DNA from: Planctomycetaceae bacterium
GTDB lineage: Bacteria; Planctomycetota; Planctomycetia; Planctomycetales; Planctomycetaceae
NCBI GenBank assembly: GCA_028291605.1
Contig: JAQGHS010000921.1
Span: 1-55,062, forward strand
Length of the DNA stretch: 55,062 nucleotides
Direction: 5' to 3'
The position numbers and the translations under genes were made by a program. Within the stretch, counting starts at the first letter, position 1. Every line of letters begins with the position of its first letter. The notes beneath the pieces are model-generated. The model was not told where the DNA came from and ran no database searches. It saw only the letters and a list, made by a program, of their open reading frames with translations. Shown here one piece after another: positions 9,434 to 17,197 of this stretch.

Positions 9434-10312
9434 TTACAGTGTCGATTCACCAAACACGTTTCTCGCGAACAATCCTGCCGGAGCCTCGGTCAGTCGCCCC
9501 GCGTCCGCATAGACGTTGAAGCGATCGTCCCGGACAAAGCCCAGCAGTGTCATCGATGACTGCCGGGCCAGGCTCACGGCTAAGCTCGATGGAGCACCGA
9601 CCGCCGCCAGCACCGGGATTCCCGCCAGCGACGCTTTTTGAATCAATTCGAAGCTGGCCCGGCCGCTGACCAGCACCAGTCTGTTGGACAGCGGCAATCG
9701 GCCGGCAAGCAACTCGGCACCGATCATCTTGTCGAGTGCGTTGTGCCGGCCGACGTCCTCGTACACGGACAGCAGGTGTCCGGACTCATCGAACAAGGCC
9801 GTCGCGTGGATCCCTCCCGTCCGTCGGAAATTGGCTTGTGCGGCGCGTTGTGCCCGCGGCAGACCGTTGACGATTTCGGATTGGATCTTCGGGAAACCCG
9901 GTTGCAGCTCGTGGTGTTTCAGAGCAAACACGGCGGCGATCGACCGCTTCCCGCAGACTCCGCAGCTCGATGAAACAAACGAGTGCCGATCAAGCCTGGC
10001 TGGGTCAAATTGAGCCGTTGGCTTCAGCGTCACTTGCACAATATTGGCCGACGTGGCGTGGATCTCAACGATGTCGTCTGCATCCCGGATAATCCCCTCG
10101 CTGAAGAGAAAGCCCGCGGCCAGTTGAATATCGTGACCCGGCGTGCGCATTGTCACGGCGATCGAGCGCACTAACGGATGCCCTTGCTGCCGGTCAATCA
10201 AGTCGATCTCTAAGGGCTCCTCAACCGAGACCTCATCGCATTCAGAGCTGACATCACCCGCATCCACACTGGCAATCGCCACTGTCGTAACGCCGGAATC
10301 GTAAATGGACAT
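9434..10312 (-). CDS. fdhD: formate dehydrogenase accessory sulfurtransferase FdhD
   Basis: FdhD signatures are present: TPGHDIQLAAGFLFSEGII, SSSCGVCGK, GGIHATALF, EDVGRHNALDK, SGRASFELIQKA. The track ORF (to 10450) overlaps the upstream gene, so I chose the internal ATG at 10312 (MSIYDSG), the only canonical in-frame start downstream of that gene's stop at 10357. Confidence 0.88.
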   Translation of the reverse strand: MSIYDSGVTTVAIASVDAGDVSSECDEVSVEEPLEIDLIDRQQGHPLVRSIAVTMRTPGHDIQLAAGFLFSEGIIRDADDIVEIHATSANIVQVTLKPTAQFDPARLDRHSFVSSSCGVCGKRSIAAVFALKHHELQPGFPKIQSEIVNGLPRAQRAAQANFRRTGGIHATALFDESGHLLSVYEDVGRHNALDKMIGAELLAGRLPLSNRLVLVSGRASFELIQKASLAGIPVLAAVGAPSSLAVSLARQSSMTLLGFVRDDRFNVYADAGRLTEAPAGLFARNVFGESTL

Positions 10313-10356
10313 GTTCGTACCCGTAATAAGAATGACGTTCTGAGTTCGCGCCGAGT

Positions 10357-10764
10357 TCAGCGAATTGCTGCGCCCGATGAGCAAACGGCGGCGGGATTGG
10401 GAAAGGCCCAGGCATCGTCCGACTCTTCGCCGGCTGGGCGATCCACACACGCGAAGTCTTTTTCGAGCAGCACCCGTACGACGCCCCCGTCGACCGTTTG
10501 CTCATGCTCGAAGCCGACAAGCTCGCTGTTGTACCATTGATTGGCGTCTTCGCGGCCGATGGCCAGTAACAGCCGGCCAGAGTAGTAATCGACGGTGGGA
10601 TGCTGATTCGAAACAGACCGCAGCTCGACGGCATAAGAAAATGCACACTGGGAAGTCGGGCCGAAGCGTACGACGCTCTCGACTCGGCCAAGTTCGATCA
10701 GGCGATCGAGATCTCGACGGTCAAGTCGAACGCGGACCGAATTGTCTTTGATTCGTAATTTCAT
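10357..10764 (-). CDS. small conserved hypothetical protein (resembles the DUF7009 family)
   Basis: 135 aa: MKLRIKDNSVRVRLDRRDLDRL...VLLEKDFACVDRPAGEESDDAWAFPNP. The pattern matches my recollection of DUF7009 proteins. It is the first gene of the fdhD-fdhF-DUF1641 string. Confidence 0.6.
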   Translation of the reverse strand: MKLRIKDNSVRVRLDRRDLDRLIELGRVESVVRFGPTSQCAFSYAVELRSVSNQHPTVDYYSGRLLLAIGREDANQWYNSELVGFEHEQTVDGGVVRVLLEKDFACVDRPAGEESDDAWAFPNPAAVCSSGAAIR

Positions 10765-10844
10765 GTCACTAACTCCAGCGTAAGGCCGTTGGCGGGGTAA
10801 TTGGGGACTGAGTGGGTCACTAAACTAATCTGTTCAGATAATCT

Positions 10845-10917
10845 GGTGCCGTCAGGCTGGGGCACGGCGCTGGCGACACATTGCGGTATCCCAAGCCACG
10901 ATTGGCCTGATGGCACC
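10845..10917 (-). other. long imperfect stem-loop between the peroxidase stop and the FDH sub-cluster
   Basis: The outer arms GGTGCCGTCAGG (10845-10856) and CCTGATGGCACC (10906-10917) pair over 12 bp with one mismatch. An inner pair GGCTGGGG / CCCAAGCC extends the helix. The structure begins 5 nt after the stop at 10922, and no U-tract follows it on the transcribed strand. Confidence 0.45.
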
Positions 10918-10921
10918 GGGC

Positions 10922-12112
10922 TCACCTGCTGGTTTCCTTTAACAGCTTCTTCGCGCGGGACACCGGGCGCGGCATACCAAAGCCGCCACTCGGTAGCACC
11001 GGGGCGATTGCGAAATCCTGTGGCAGCTTTCCGGTCAGGCTCTTCAGAAAAGCAACGATTGCGGATGCATCCTGGTCGGACATCTCATGGCCGAGTTGGA
11101 CTATCGCCATGACTCGGACGGCTTCTGACAATGTGCCGACAGATCCGTCGTGAAAATAGGGAGGCGTCATCTCGACGCCGCGAAGGCCTGCGACTTTGAA
11201 CATGTACTGATCGGCGGGATCTTTCGTCAGTTCGAACCGTCCCTTATCGATCTCCTTGCTCCCGGTCGCGTTCCAGTAGTCTTCCTGTACGCCGAACTTT
11301 CGGAACTGTTCGCCGCCGATTCCCGCTCCCCGATGGCAATCGGCACAGCCCGTGTTGATGAAAGTGCGAAGCCCGTGCTGCTCTGTTGGCGTGAGCGCGT
11401 CGGTGTTGCCGCCGAGGTACACGTCGAATCGAGATGGAGTCATCAGAGTCCGTTCGTAGGCCCCGATGGCCTTCGCCCAGTTGTTCGCCGTCACGGGATC
11501 GGGCTCGCTTGGGAACGCCTTTTTGAACAGCTCGCGATAGCCTGGAACCGCCTTCACACGTGCCATCGCGGCGGCGTAGTCGGGGTTGGCAAACCCCGCT
11601 CCCAGCAGCGCCCGTTTCGCCTGCTCCTCAACGGTCTCAAATTCACCCCCCCAATGCTGCCTGAAGGACATGCCGGCATTCAACACTGTGGGTGCGTTGC
11701 GCGGGAGCAGTTTGTCGTGCGCGCCATGTGACTTCTCCAGGCCATCGGTGCCGTACAAAGCCGGTTGGTGGCAGCGAGCACAACTGACGGTGCCATCGAC
11801 TGAGATCCGGGGATCGAAGAATAATTTGCGGCCTAGACTCACGAGGTCCGAATTGATGGGGAACTCCGCCGTCGCCAGATCCTGGGGAAGCGGTTTGAAG
11901 AGGGTTTGCGCCTCTTTGAGTAACTCGTCATCCTTTGCGACTGCGGCTGCGGCAAGAGCTACCGGGACTGTCTTCGAACGTGTCGCTCCTGGGGCTAGAC
12001 TCATGATCGGTTGCAGACGAGATGAGACCAGGATGTCCAGCAAGATGAGACCGACGACGACGGCCGGCCCCAGAAATCGACGATACTGTGATTGGTGATT
12101 CTCGGGCTGCAT
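10922..12112 (-). CDS. di-haem cytochrome c peroxidase (CCP/MauG family), exported
   Basis: Two CxxCH motifs (CARCHQ, CADCHR), plus conserved FFDPRIS and PYFHDGS. The track ORF starts at 12127, but GGAGG sits 5 nt upstream of the second ATG at 12112 (MQPENHQ...), so I prefer that start. Confidence 0.88.
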   Translation of the reverse strand: MQPENHQSQYRRFLGPAVVVGLILLDILVSSRLQPIMSLAPGATRSKTVPVALAAAAVAKDDELLKEAQTLFKPLPQDLATAEFPINSDLVSLGRKLFFDPRISVDGTVSCARCHQPALYGTDGLEKSHGAHDKLLPRNAPTVLNAGMSFRQHWGGEFETVEEQAKRALLGAGFANPDYAAAMARVKAVPGYRELFKKAFPSEPDPVTANNWAKAIGAYERTLMTPSRFDVYLGGNTDALTPTEQHGLRTFINTGCADCHRGAGIGGEQFRKFGVQEDYWNATGSKEIDKGRFELTKDPADQYMFKVAGLRGVEMTPPYFHDGSVGTLSEAVRVMAIVQLGHEMSDQDASAIVAFLKSLTGKLPQDFAIAPVLPSGGFGMPRPVSRAKKLLKETSR

Positions 12113-12129
12113 CGTTCCCTCCGTCATCA

Positions 12130-12152
12130 GCGAGCATGCTTGTTCTGCTCGC
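12130..12152 (-). other. perfect 7-bp stem hairpin in the peroxidase 5' leader
   Basis: GCGAGCA-tgcttgttc-TGCTCGC at 12130-12152, directly upstream of the start region of the peroxidase gene and about 150 nt downstream of the bicupin stop. Confidence 0.35.
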
Positions 12153-12304
12153 GGCTACCAATGAGACTTTCTCAGCTGTCTAACCGCGATCAAGCCTCTC
12201 ATTGATGGCAATGCGTTGTTTAAGACCGGTCAGGATTGCGGGGCGAATCGCCTCGTCCGACCGGCCGCATTAGTCGCACACAGTGACCCCTCGAAGTCGC
12301 CGTA

Positions 12305-13477
12305 TTACGGTCCCACTTGGGGTGCGATGAACACGTCTTCCTTGGGAAACTTCTCGAACAGTGATGCTGGCTTGCTGAAGTTGGTGGCGAGCACATCGAG
12401 CGGGTTCCCGGCGAACCATTGCGACAGATCGATCGCCTCGTACACACCCGAGTTGAATCCGATGAGGATCCGCGACGGCTTATTGCCGATATTCTCGATC
12501 GAGTGCCCGTACCCCTGGGGAATGTAACCGACGTCTCCCTTTTCCATCGTTTCGGTTCGATATCGTCCGTGCGAGCCAAACATCGTCACGCTGACGTTCC
12601 CTTCAATCACGTATTGCCACTCGTCGGCATTCGGATGCCAATGCAGTTCGCGCAAGGCACCCGGCTCAAGGTCCAGGATCACACCGGTAATCGTCGTCGA
12701 GATCGGGAACCGTGAGGAATCGACCCGCCACTCGCGGCCACCTTTGAAGATCTTGTGGGGCGGTTGTTCGAGCATTTCGTACTTGTGAGTCGTTGGCGGC
12801 AGCTTCCAGCCCTGCAACGGAGTGCTCGGTTTCTCCGGCGGCACGGCGCCGCGGGCGAAGTACACCTCGTCCTTGGGAAACCCTTCGAACGCCGACTCGG
12901 GGACTCCAAAGTTTTTGGCCAATAGCGCCTTCGGCGTGTGGCCGATCCAATCGCTGATGCTGAACGTGCCGAACTCCGAGAAGTAGCCGTTGTCGAAGAT
13001 CAGAATGAAGTGCGCCGGCTCGTTCCCCAGGCATTCCAGCATGTGACCGTGGCCGCGCGGAAACAACCACACATCGCCCGGCGCGAAATCGTTCGTTTCG
13101 GCAAATCCCTGAGGGTCGATAACGGTCGTGCGGACCCGCCCCTCGAGCACGAACGCCCATTCGGCCGCAGTCGCATGCCAGTGCAGTTCGCGCATGGCAC
13201 CTGGTTCCAGCCTCATCGAAACTCCCGCAATGCCCTTGGAGATCGGCAGTTGCTCGACGGTGGCCTCCTTGCCGGAACTTTTACCGATCACCTTGCCCAT
13301 CGACTTCTCCAGAGCGAACTTAAACGTGGGCAGTTCCTTACCCGCGAGGGCTGGATCAGGAACATTGTTCATGAAGCTGGGGTCGCCCGCTTCAGCCGTT
13401 CGGTTTCCAAACATCGCGGTGGTGGCTGCGAGCAGTGCGGTCCCAGCCAGAAAGTCGCGGCGGTTGCTGTCGGACAT
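12305..13477 (-). CDS. oxalate decarboxylase/oxidase-family bicupin with a twin-arginine signal peptide
   Basis: 390 aa with a Tat motif (MSDSNRRDFLAGTALLAATTAMFGNRTAEA). Two cupin Mn-binding motifs are present (ELHWHATAAEWAFVLEGRVR ... HGHMLE, and ELHWHPNADEWQYVIEGNV ... YGHSIEN). Confidence 0.85.
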   Translation of the reverse strand: MSDSNRRDFLAGTALLAATTAMFGNRTAEAGDPSFMNNVPDPALAGKELPTFKFALEKSMGKVIGKSSGKEATVEQLPISKGIAGVSMRLEPGAMRELHWHATAAEWAFVLEGRVRTTVIDPQGFAETNDFAPGDVWLFPRGHGHMLECLGNEPAHFILIFDNGYFSEFGTFSISDWIGHTPKALLAKNFGVPESAFEGFPKDEVYFARGAVPPEKPSTPLQGWKLPPTTHKYEMLEQPPHKIFKGGREWRVDSSRFPISTTITGVILDLEPGALRELHWHPNADEWQYVIEGNVSVTMFGSHGRYRTETMEKGDVGYIPQGYGHSIENIGNKPSRILIGFNSGVYEAIDLSQWFAGNPLDVLATNFSKPASLFEKFPKEDVFIAPQVGP

Positions 13478-13551
13478 GGAACTCTCCTAATCGATTTCGA
13501 GCGCGAATCAGGGCCGTCCACTCGTAGGGACGCTCACTCCACCGGCACTAC

Positions 13552-13567
13552 CGCAACACGCGTGCCG
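13552..13567 (-). promoter_or_regulatory. candidate sigma-54 (-24/-12) promoter for the bicupin gene
   Basis: The minus strand reads CGGCACGCGTGTTGCG. That matches GGCACG-N4-TTGC of the TGGCACG-N4-TTGCW consensus with correct GG/GC spacing. The -12 element lies about 75 nt upstream of the ATG at 13477, and an NtrC-type activator gene is 2 kb away. Confidence 0.5.
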
Positions 13568-13660
13568 AGGAAGTGGCAACGGAATCTGCAGCAGTTCTTT
13601 CAGGCGGGGACGAAGACCGGAAGTTGATACTGGTTCGGTTCTTCCGTCATGGAGCGAAAA

Positions 13661-13880
13661 ACATTCACGGCATGGCAAACACTCTCCGAATGGTCGACCA
13701 GCGGAATTGGAAATCACCGAACGGCAAGTGGTAGGAATTGAGGCAGTCGCCTAGGAATCGGCCTGTGAGAGGGTCGGTTCGTCGCTTCCGCGAATGCGGG
13801 CTGATGGGCATTGGAGCGACGACTTCGTGCCGATCGCTGACACGGACGTCGGAAAAGGACGCGTCGGGGCTCTCGCACCC
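13661..13880 (-). repeat. decayed paralogous copy (copy A) of the segment 'NtrC-type gene 3' end plus downstream CxxCH ORF'
   Basis: Aligns with 15415-15660, for example GAATTGAGGCAGTCGCCTAGGAATCGGC vs GATTTGAGGCAGTTGCCCAGAAATCGGC and TTGGAGCGACGAC vs TTGGAGCGACGGT. Minus-strand translation gives RFLGDCLNSYHLP vs RFLGNCLKSCHTP. Copy A carries a 1-nt deletion relative to copy B and has lost both CxxCH motifs. Confidence 0.7.
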
Positions 13881-13935
13881 GGTCGATGACGTGCTTCGCT
13901 GCGGAAGATTGATTGGTCGTGGACGATCTGATTTG

Positions 13936-14352
13936 TCAGGCAGACGCCAGGATCACTGCACCGGAAACGATGAGGATGCCGCCGAGCAAGTGAACCCAAG
14001 TCAGCGATTCACCCAGGAAGATCGCGGCGAGTAACATCGCGACCACCACACTCAGCTTGTCCACGGGAGCCACCTTCGATGCCTCGCCAAGTTGCAAGGC
14101 GCGAAAGTAGCACAGCCACGAAGCACCGGTCGCCAGACCCGACAGCGCGAGGAATATCCAAGTGCGCGGCGTGACTGTTTGCAACGGCTGGCGATTGCTG
14201 ATCCAGGCGACCGACCAAGCGAAAACTAGGATCACGGAAGTGCGGACCGCTGTGGCAAGATTCGAGTCCACGTCCTTGACGCCAATCTTGGCCAGAATCG
14301 CCGTCAGCCCCGCAAACACGGCCGATAGGAGCGCCCACGATAGCCAGTTCAT
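13936..14352 (-). CDS. EamA-like (DMT superfamily) small membrane transporter
   Basis: Five predicted hydrophobic helices (MNWLSWALLSAVFAGLTAILAKIG...). I chose the ATG at 14352, which has GGAGA 5 nt upstream. The track start at 14382 would overlap the preceding gene. Confidence 0.75.
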   Translation of the reverse strand: MNWLSWALLSAVFAGLTAILAKIGVKDVDSNLATAVRTSVILVFAWSVAWISNRQPLQTVTPRTWIFLALSGLATGASWLCYFRALQLGEASKVAPVDKLSVVVAMLLAAIFLGESLTWVHLLGGILIVSGAVILASA

Positions 14353-14368
14353 GCCTGTCTCCAGCGTC

Positions 14369-15325
14369 TCAAGAATTGCCAATCAGGATGCCGGTCAGGA
14401 AGACCAGCAGGCCGCCAATCAGGACTTGAAATACCGCAGATGCCAGCGGCGTGTCCATGAATTTGTGGCGAATCCAAGAAATCACGGCCAACTCGACGAG
14501 CACCACACCGCCCGCAACGGCAGTCGCCGTACGATACTGGGGGATAAGGTACGGCAGCGTATGTCCCAGTCCGCCCAAAGTGGTCATCAAGCCGCACACG
14601 AAGCCACGTGTCCATGGGCGACCGCGGCCCGTGAGACTGCCGTCGTCGGAGAGCGCCTCGGCGAAGCCCATGCTGATGCCGGCCCCCAGGCTGGCCGCGA
14701 GGCCCACTAAAAAAGTTTGCCAACTGTCGCGGGTGGCAAACGCGGCGGCGAAGAGCGGCGCGAGCGTCGATACGGATCCGTCCATCAGTCCGGCCAAGCC
14801 GGGCTGGATCACCTGGAGCATGAATAGACGCTTACGCGCCGCAGCCTCGTCCTCGGCCACTCCAGACGAGCGTTGTGCGCTGTCCAATTCCTCGGCGAGA
14901 GACGAGTGCTTGCGCTCCTCCTCGGCCAGGTCGCCCAGCAACTGCCGGATGCCCGCGTCGGTGGTCTTCCGGGCGGCAGTCTCGTAAAAGCGCCTCGTCT
15001 CCAGTTCCATCAGTTCGGTTTCTTTGCGGACGGCGGACAGTCCCAAGGGACGCACCAGCCAAATCGGCTTGCGGTTGACGAACCCCTTAACGTCCTGCCT
15101 CCGGATCAGTGGGATATGATCACCGAACTTCTGGCGGTGCAATTCGATCAGCCGGTGCCGGTGCCCGTCTTCCTCGGCGCGCATCTGGTTGAGGATTACC
15201 GCTGTGGCAAGGTAGTCGGCCTTAAGCCCCTCGGCGAAGTCGCCGTAGATGCGGGCATCCTCTTCTTCGAGGGAGATAGCCAGTGCCAGAATTTCCTGCT
15301 CGCTAAGGCTTTGAAAGGTTCTCAT
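14369..15325 (-). CDS. mbfA: MbfA-type protein: N-terminal ferritin-like/erythrin domain fused to a VIT1/CCC1 iron-exporter domain
   Basis: 318 aa. The N-terminal half has rubrerythrin-like E-x-x-H motifs (EEEDARIY..., RAEEDGHRHRL, EERKH). The C-terminal half has the hydrophobic helices of the VIT1/CCC1 family (GLAGLMDGSVSTLAPLFAAA...). Confidence 0.8.
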   Translation of the reverse strand: MRTFQSLSEQEILALAISLEEEDARIYGDFAEGLKADYLATAVILNQMRAEEDGHRHRLIELHRQKFGDHIPLIRRQDVKGFVNRKPIWLVRPLGLSAVRKETELMELETRRFYETAARKTTDAGIRQLLGDLAEEERKHSSLAEELDSAQRSSGVAEDEAAARKRLFMLQVIQPGLAGLMDGSVSTLAPLFAAAFATRDSWQTFLVGLAASLGAGISMGFAEALSDDGSLTGRGRPWTRGFVCGLMTTLGGLGHTLPYLIPQYRTATAVAGGVVLVELAVISWIRHKFMDTPLASAVFQVLIGGLLVFLTGILIGNS

Positions 15326-15414
15326 GGCATCCGTATCTCACAAGTTCCGCTTTGCGAATTAGGCCAACTCCCCGGCGATTCCGCCGGTATGTAGACTTAC
15401 GCGGATCGCTCGCC

Positions 15415-15660
15415 ATTAAAGTCGTGGCAGACGGAACACTGCAACTTGCGGGCCACGGGGGGCGAGGCATTTCTGAGCTCGCAACGAGTGGAACTGACGA
15501 CCGGCGTGTGGCAGGATTTGAGGCAGTTGCCCAGAAATCGGCGCGCGGATGTGTCGTTCCAATCGCTGGTGCGAATACAGGCAGACGTGCGTTGGAGCGA
15601 CGGTCTATGCCTGGTCGTCGTCGTCTCCGGAAAGCTGACGAGTGACGTGGAGCCCCAACT
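15415..15660 (-). repeat. copy B of the duplicated segment: the NtrC gene 3' end plus its downstream region, containing a CxxCH x2 reading frame
   Basis: See copy A. The minus-strand frame 15397-15604 reads ...SARRFLGNCLKSCHTPVVSSTRCELRNASPPVARKLQCSVCHDFNGERSA*. The two CxxCH motifs are at 15508-15525 and 15424-15438. There is no canonical start downstream of the NtrC stop and no signal peptide. Confidence 0.65.
15440..15455 (-). promoter_or_regulatory. candidate sigma-54 (-24/-12) promoter for mbfA-eamA
   Basis: The minus strand reads TGGCCCGCAAGTTGCA. This has one mismatch to TGGCACG-N4-TTGCA and correct spacing, and lies about 115 nt upstream of the ATG at 15325. Confidence 0.4.
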
Positions 15661-17074
15661 CTCGGAGTCTGCGGCGCAATGTCTCACGCGCAATCCCCAG
15701 CCGGCGAGCAGCCTGTTGTTGATTTCCGCCCATCTCGTCCAGGACGCGCATCAGTAAGAACCGGTCTAATTGGCGGTGCGCTTCCGCATAGAGATCGCCC
15801 TGATCGGACTTGAGGCAGGGGCCAAGGAATGCTTCCCAGCTGGAAGCCTTGCCTACTGATGGTGATCCCAGAGCCGGTTCTCCAGTCTCCGCGGGAAGGC
15901 TAGGTAGAAACGCCGGGAGCAGAACCGTGCCGCGGGCCTGCAGCAATGCCTGCTTCAAGATGCTTTGCAGCTCACGAATGTTGCCGGGCCATGAGCAGCT
16001 TTGCAGGCGCGCCAATGCTTCAGGCGCAATGTCATGGATCTCACGCCCCAGCTCGCGACTGCAGCGGCGCAAGTAATGTCGAACCAACATCGACAGGTCG
16101 TCGCCCCGCTCGCGTAACGGAGGCAGGTGAATCGTAAAAACGCCGAGGCGATAATACAGATCCGACCGGAACTTCCCCTCAGCCGAGTCATTCTGCAGAT
16201 TGTGGTGAGTCGCGGCAATCAATCGCACATCGGTACGGACAGTCTCATTGCCCCCGACACGCTCAAATGTCTGTTCCTGCAGCAGGCGGAGCATCTTGGC
16301 CTGCAGCATGAGCGGCATGTCACCGATTTCGTCCAGAAAAATGGTCCCGCCGTTGCATTGCTCAAACTTACCGATGCGGCGGCGGTCGGCACCGGTGAAG
16401 GCGCCTTTTTCATGCCCAAACAATTCACTCTCCAGCAGGTTCTCCGGAATCGCTGCGCAATTGAGAGCCAGAAACAGGCCCTTGGCACGGTGGCTATGCT
16501 GATAGATGGCGCGGGCCACCAGTTCTTTACCGGTACCGGTCTCGCCGGTGATTAAGACGGCGACATCCTGGTCGGCCACGCGGCCGATGGCCTTGTAGAC
16601 CTCGCGCATCGCGGGGCAGCTACCGACAATGGCGCCGTCCACGTCGGGGTCAGCAGTGGATTCGGCCATCACGGCAGGCTTGCGCATGCGCTCGCTCACA
16701 TCGAGTGCCTCGCCAACCACGCGCCGCAGTTGGTGCAGGTCGAGTGGCTTGAAGAGGTAGTCGTAGGCCCCCAGCCGCATGGCTTCGATGGCCGCGTCAG
16801 CCCCCTTGGCCGTGGTAATAAAAATGACCGGGATCCGTGCATCGACTTGGCGGATCTGTTGGTAAACCGCCAATCCGGATTGATCGGGCAGACGCAGGTC
16901 GAGCAGGATCACATCGGGAGCGCTGACGACGATTTGTTGCAGCCCTTCCGTTCCGGAGAGGGACACATCGAACCGATGGGCCGGGGCTGGAAACGCCGAA
17001 CTCACTTGCTCGGCAACCAGTTCCGGGTCATCATCAATTAGCAACAAGTGTGCCATTGCAGGGTCGCAACTCAT
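15605..17074 (-). CDS. sigma-54-dependent response regulator (NtrC/Fis family enhancer-binding protein)
   Basis: REC domain (LLLIDDDPEL...ILLDLRLPDQSG), AAA+ sigma-54 interaction domain (GETGTGKELVARAI, ESELFGHEKGAFTGA, RLIAATH) and a C-terminal Fis-type HTH (QQQAARRLGIARETLRRRLRELG). Confidence 0.93.
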   Translation of the reverse strand: MSCDPAMAHLLLIDDDPELVAEQVSSAFPAPAHRFDVSLSGTEGLQQIVVSAPDVILLDLRLPDQSGLAVYQQIRQVDARIPVIFITTAKGADAAIEAMRLGAYDYLFKPLDLHQLRRVVGEALDVSERMRKPAVMAESTADPDVDGAIVGSCPAMREVYKAIGRVADQDVAVLITGETGTGKELVARAIYQHSHRAKGLFLALNCAAIPENLLESELFGHEKGAFTGADRRRIGKFEQCNGGTIFLDEIGDMPLMLQAKMLRLLQEQTFERVGGNETVRTDVRLIAATHHNLQNDSAEGKFRSDLYYRLGVFTIHLPPLRERGDDLSMLVRHYLRRCSRELGREIHDIAPEALARLQSCSWPGNIRELQSILKQALLQARGTVLLPAFLPSLPAETGEPALGSPSVGKASSWEAFLGPCLKSDQGDLYAEAHRQLDRFLLMRVLDEMGGNQQQAARRLGIARETLRRRLRELGLHVTRQLSGDDDDQA

Positions 17075-17181
17075 GTCGTTTGAGGATGCAGTGATTGGTG
17101 GTCATTGTTGCTCGGAGTGCTCGACAAGTCCAGCAAATCACAGTATTTCCGGACAGTCAGGGGCCGTTTTATTGCGCCGTT

Positions 17182-17197
17182 TGGCACTCGATTCGCA
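17182..17197 (+). promoter_or_regulatory. candidate sigma-54 (-24/-12) promoter for the hybrid kinase gene
   Basis: TGGCACTCGATTCGCA on the plus strand has a perfect -24 TGGCAC, a -12 TCGCA (one mismatch) and canonical spacing. It lies about 105 nt upstream of the ATG at 17303, in the divergent intergenic region shared with the NtrC-type gene. Confidence 0.45.

Noticed and set aside
15425-15443. Plus-strand TGGCAG-N..-TGCA, which looked like a sigma-54 site.
   Set aside because: The GG-to-GC spacing is 3 nt too long for a -24/-12 promoter, and it faces away from any gene start.
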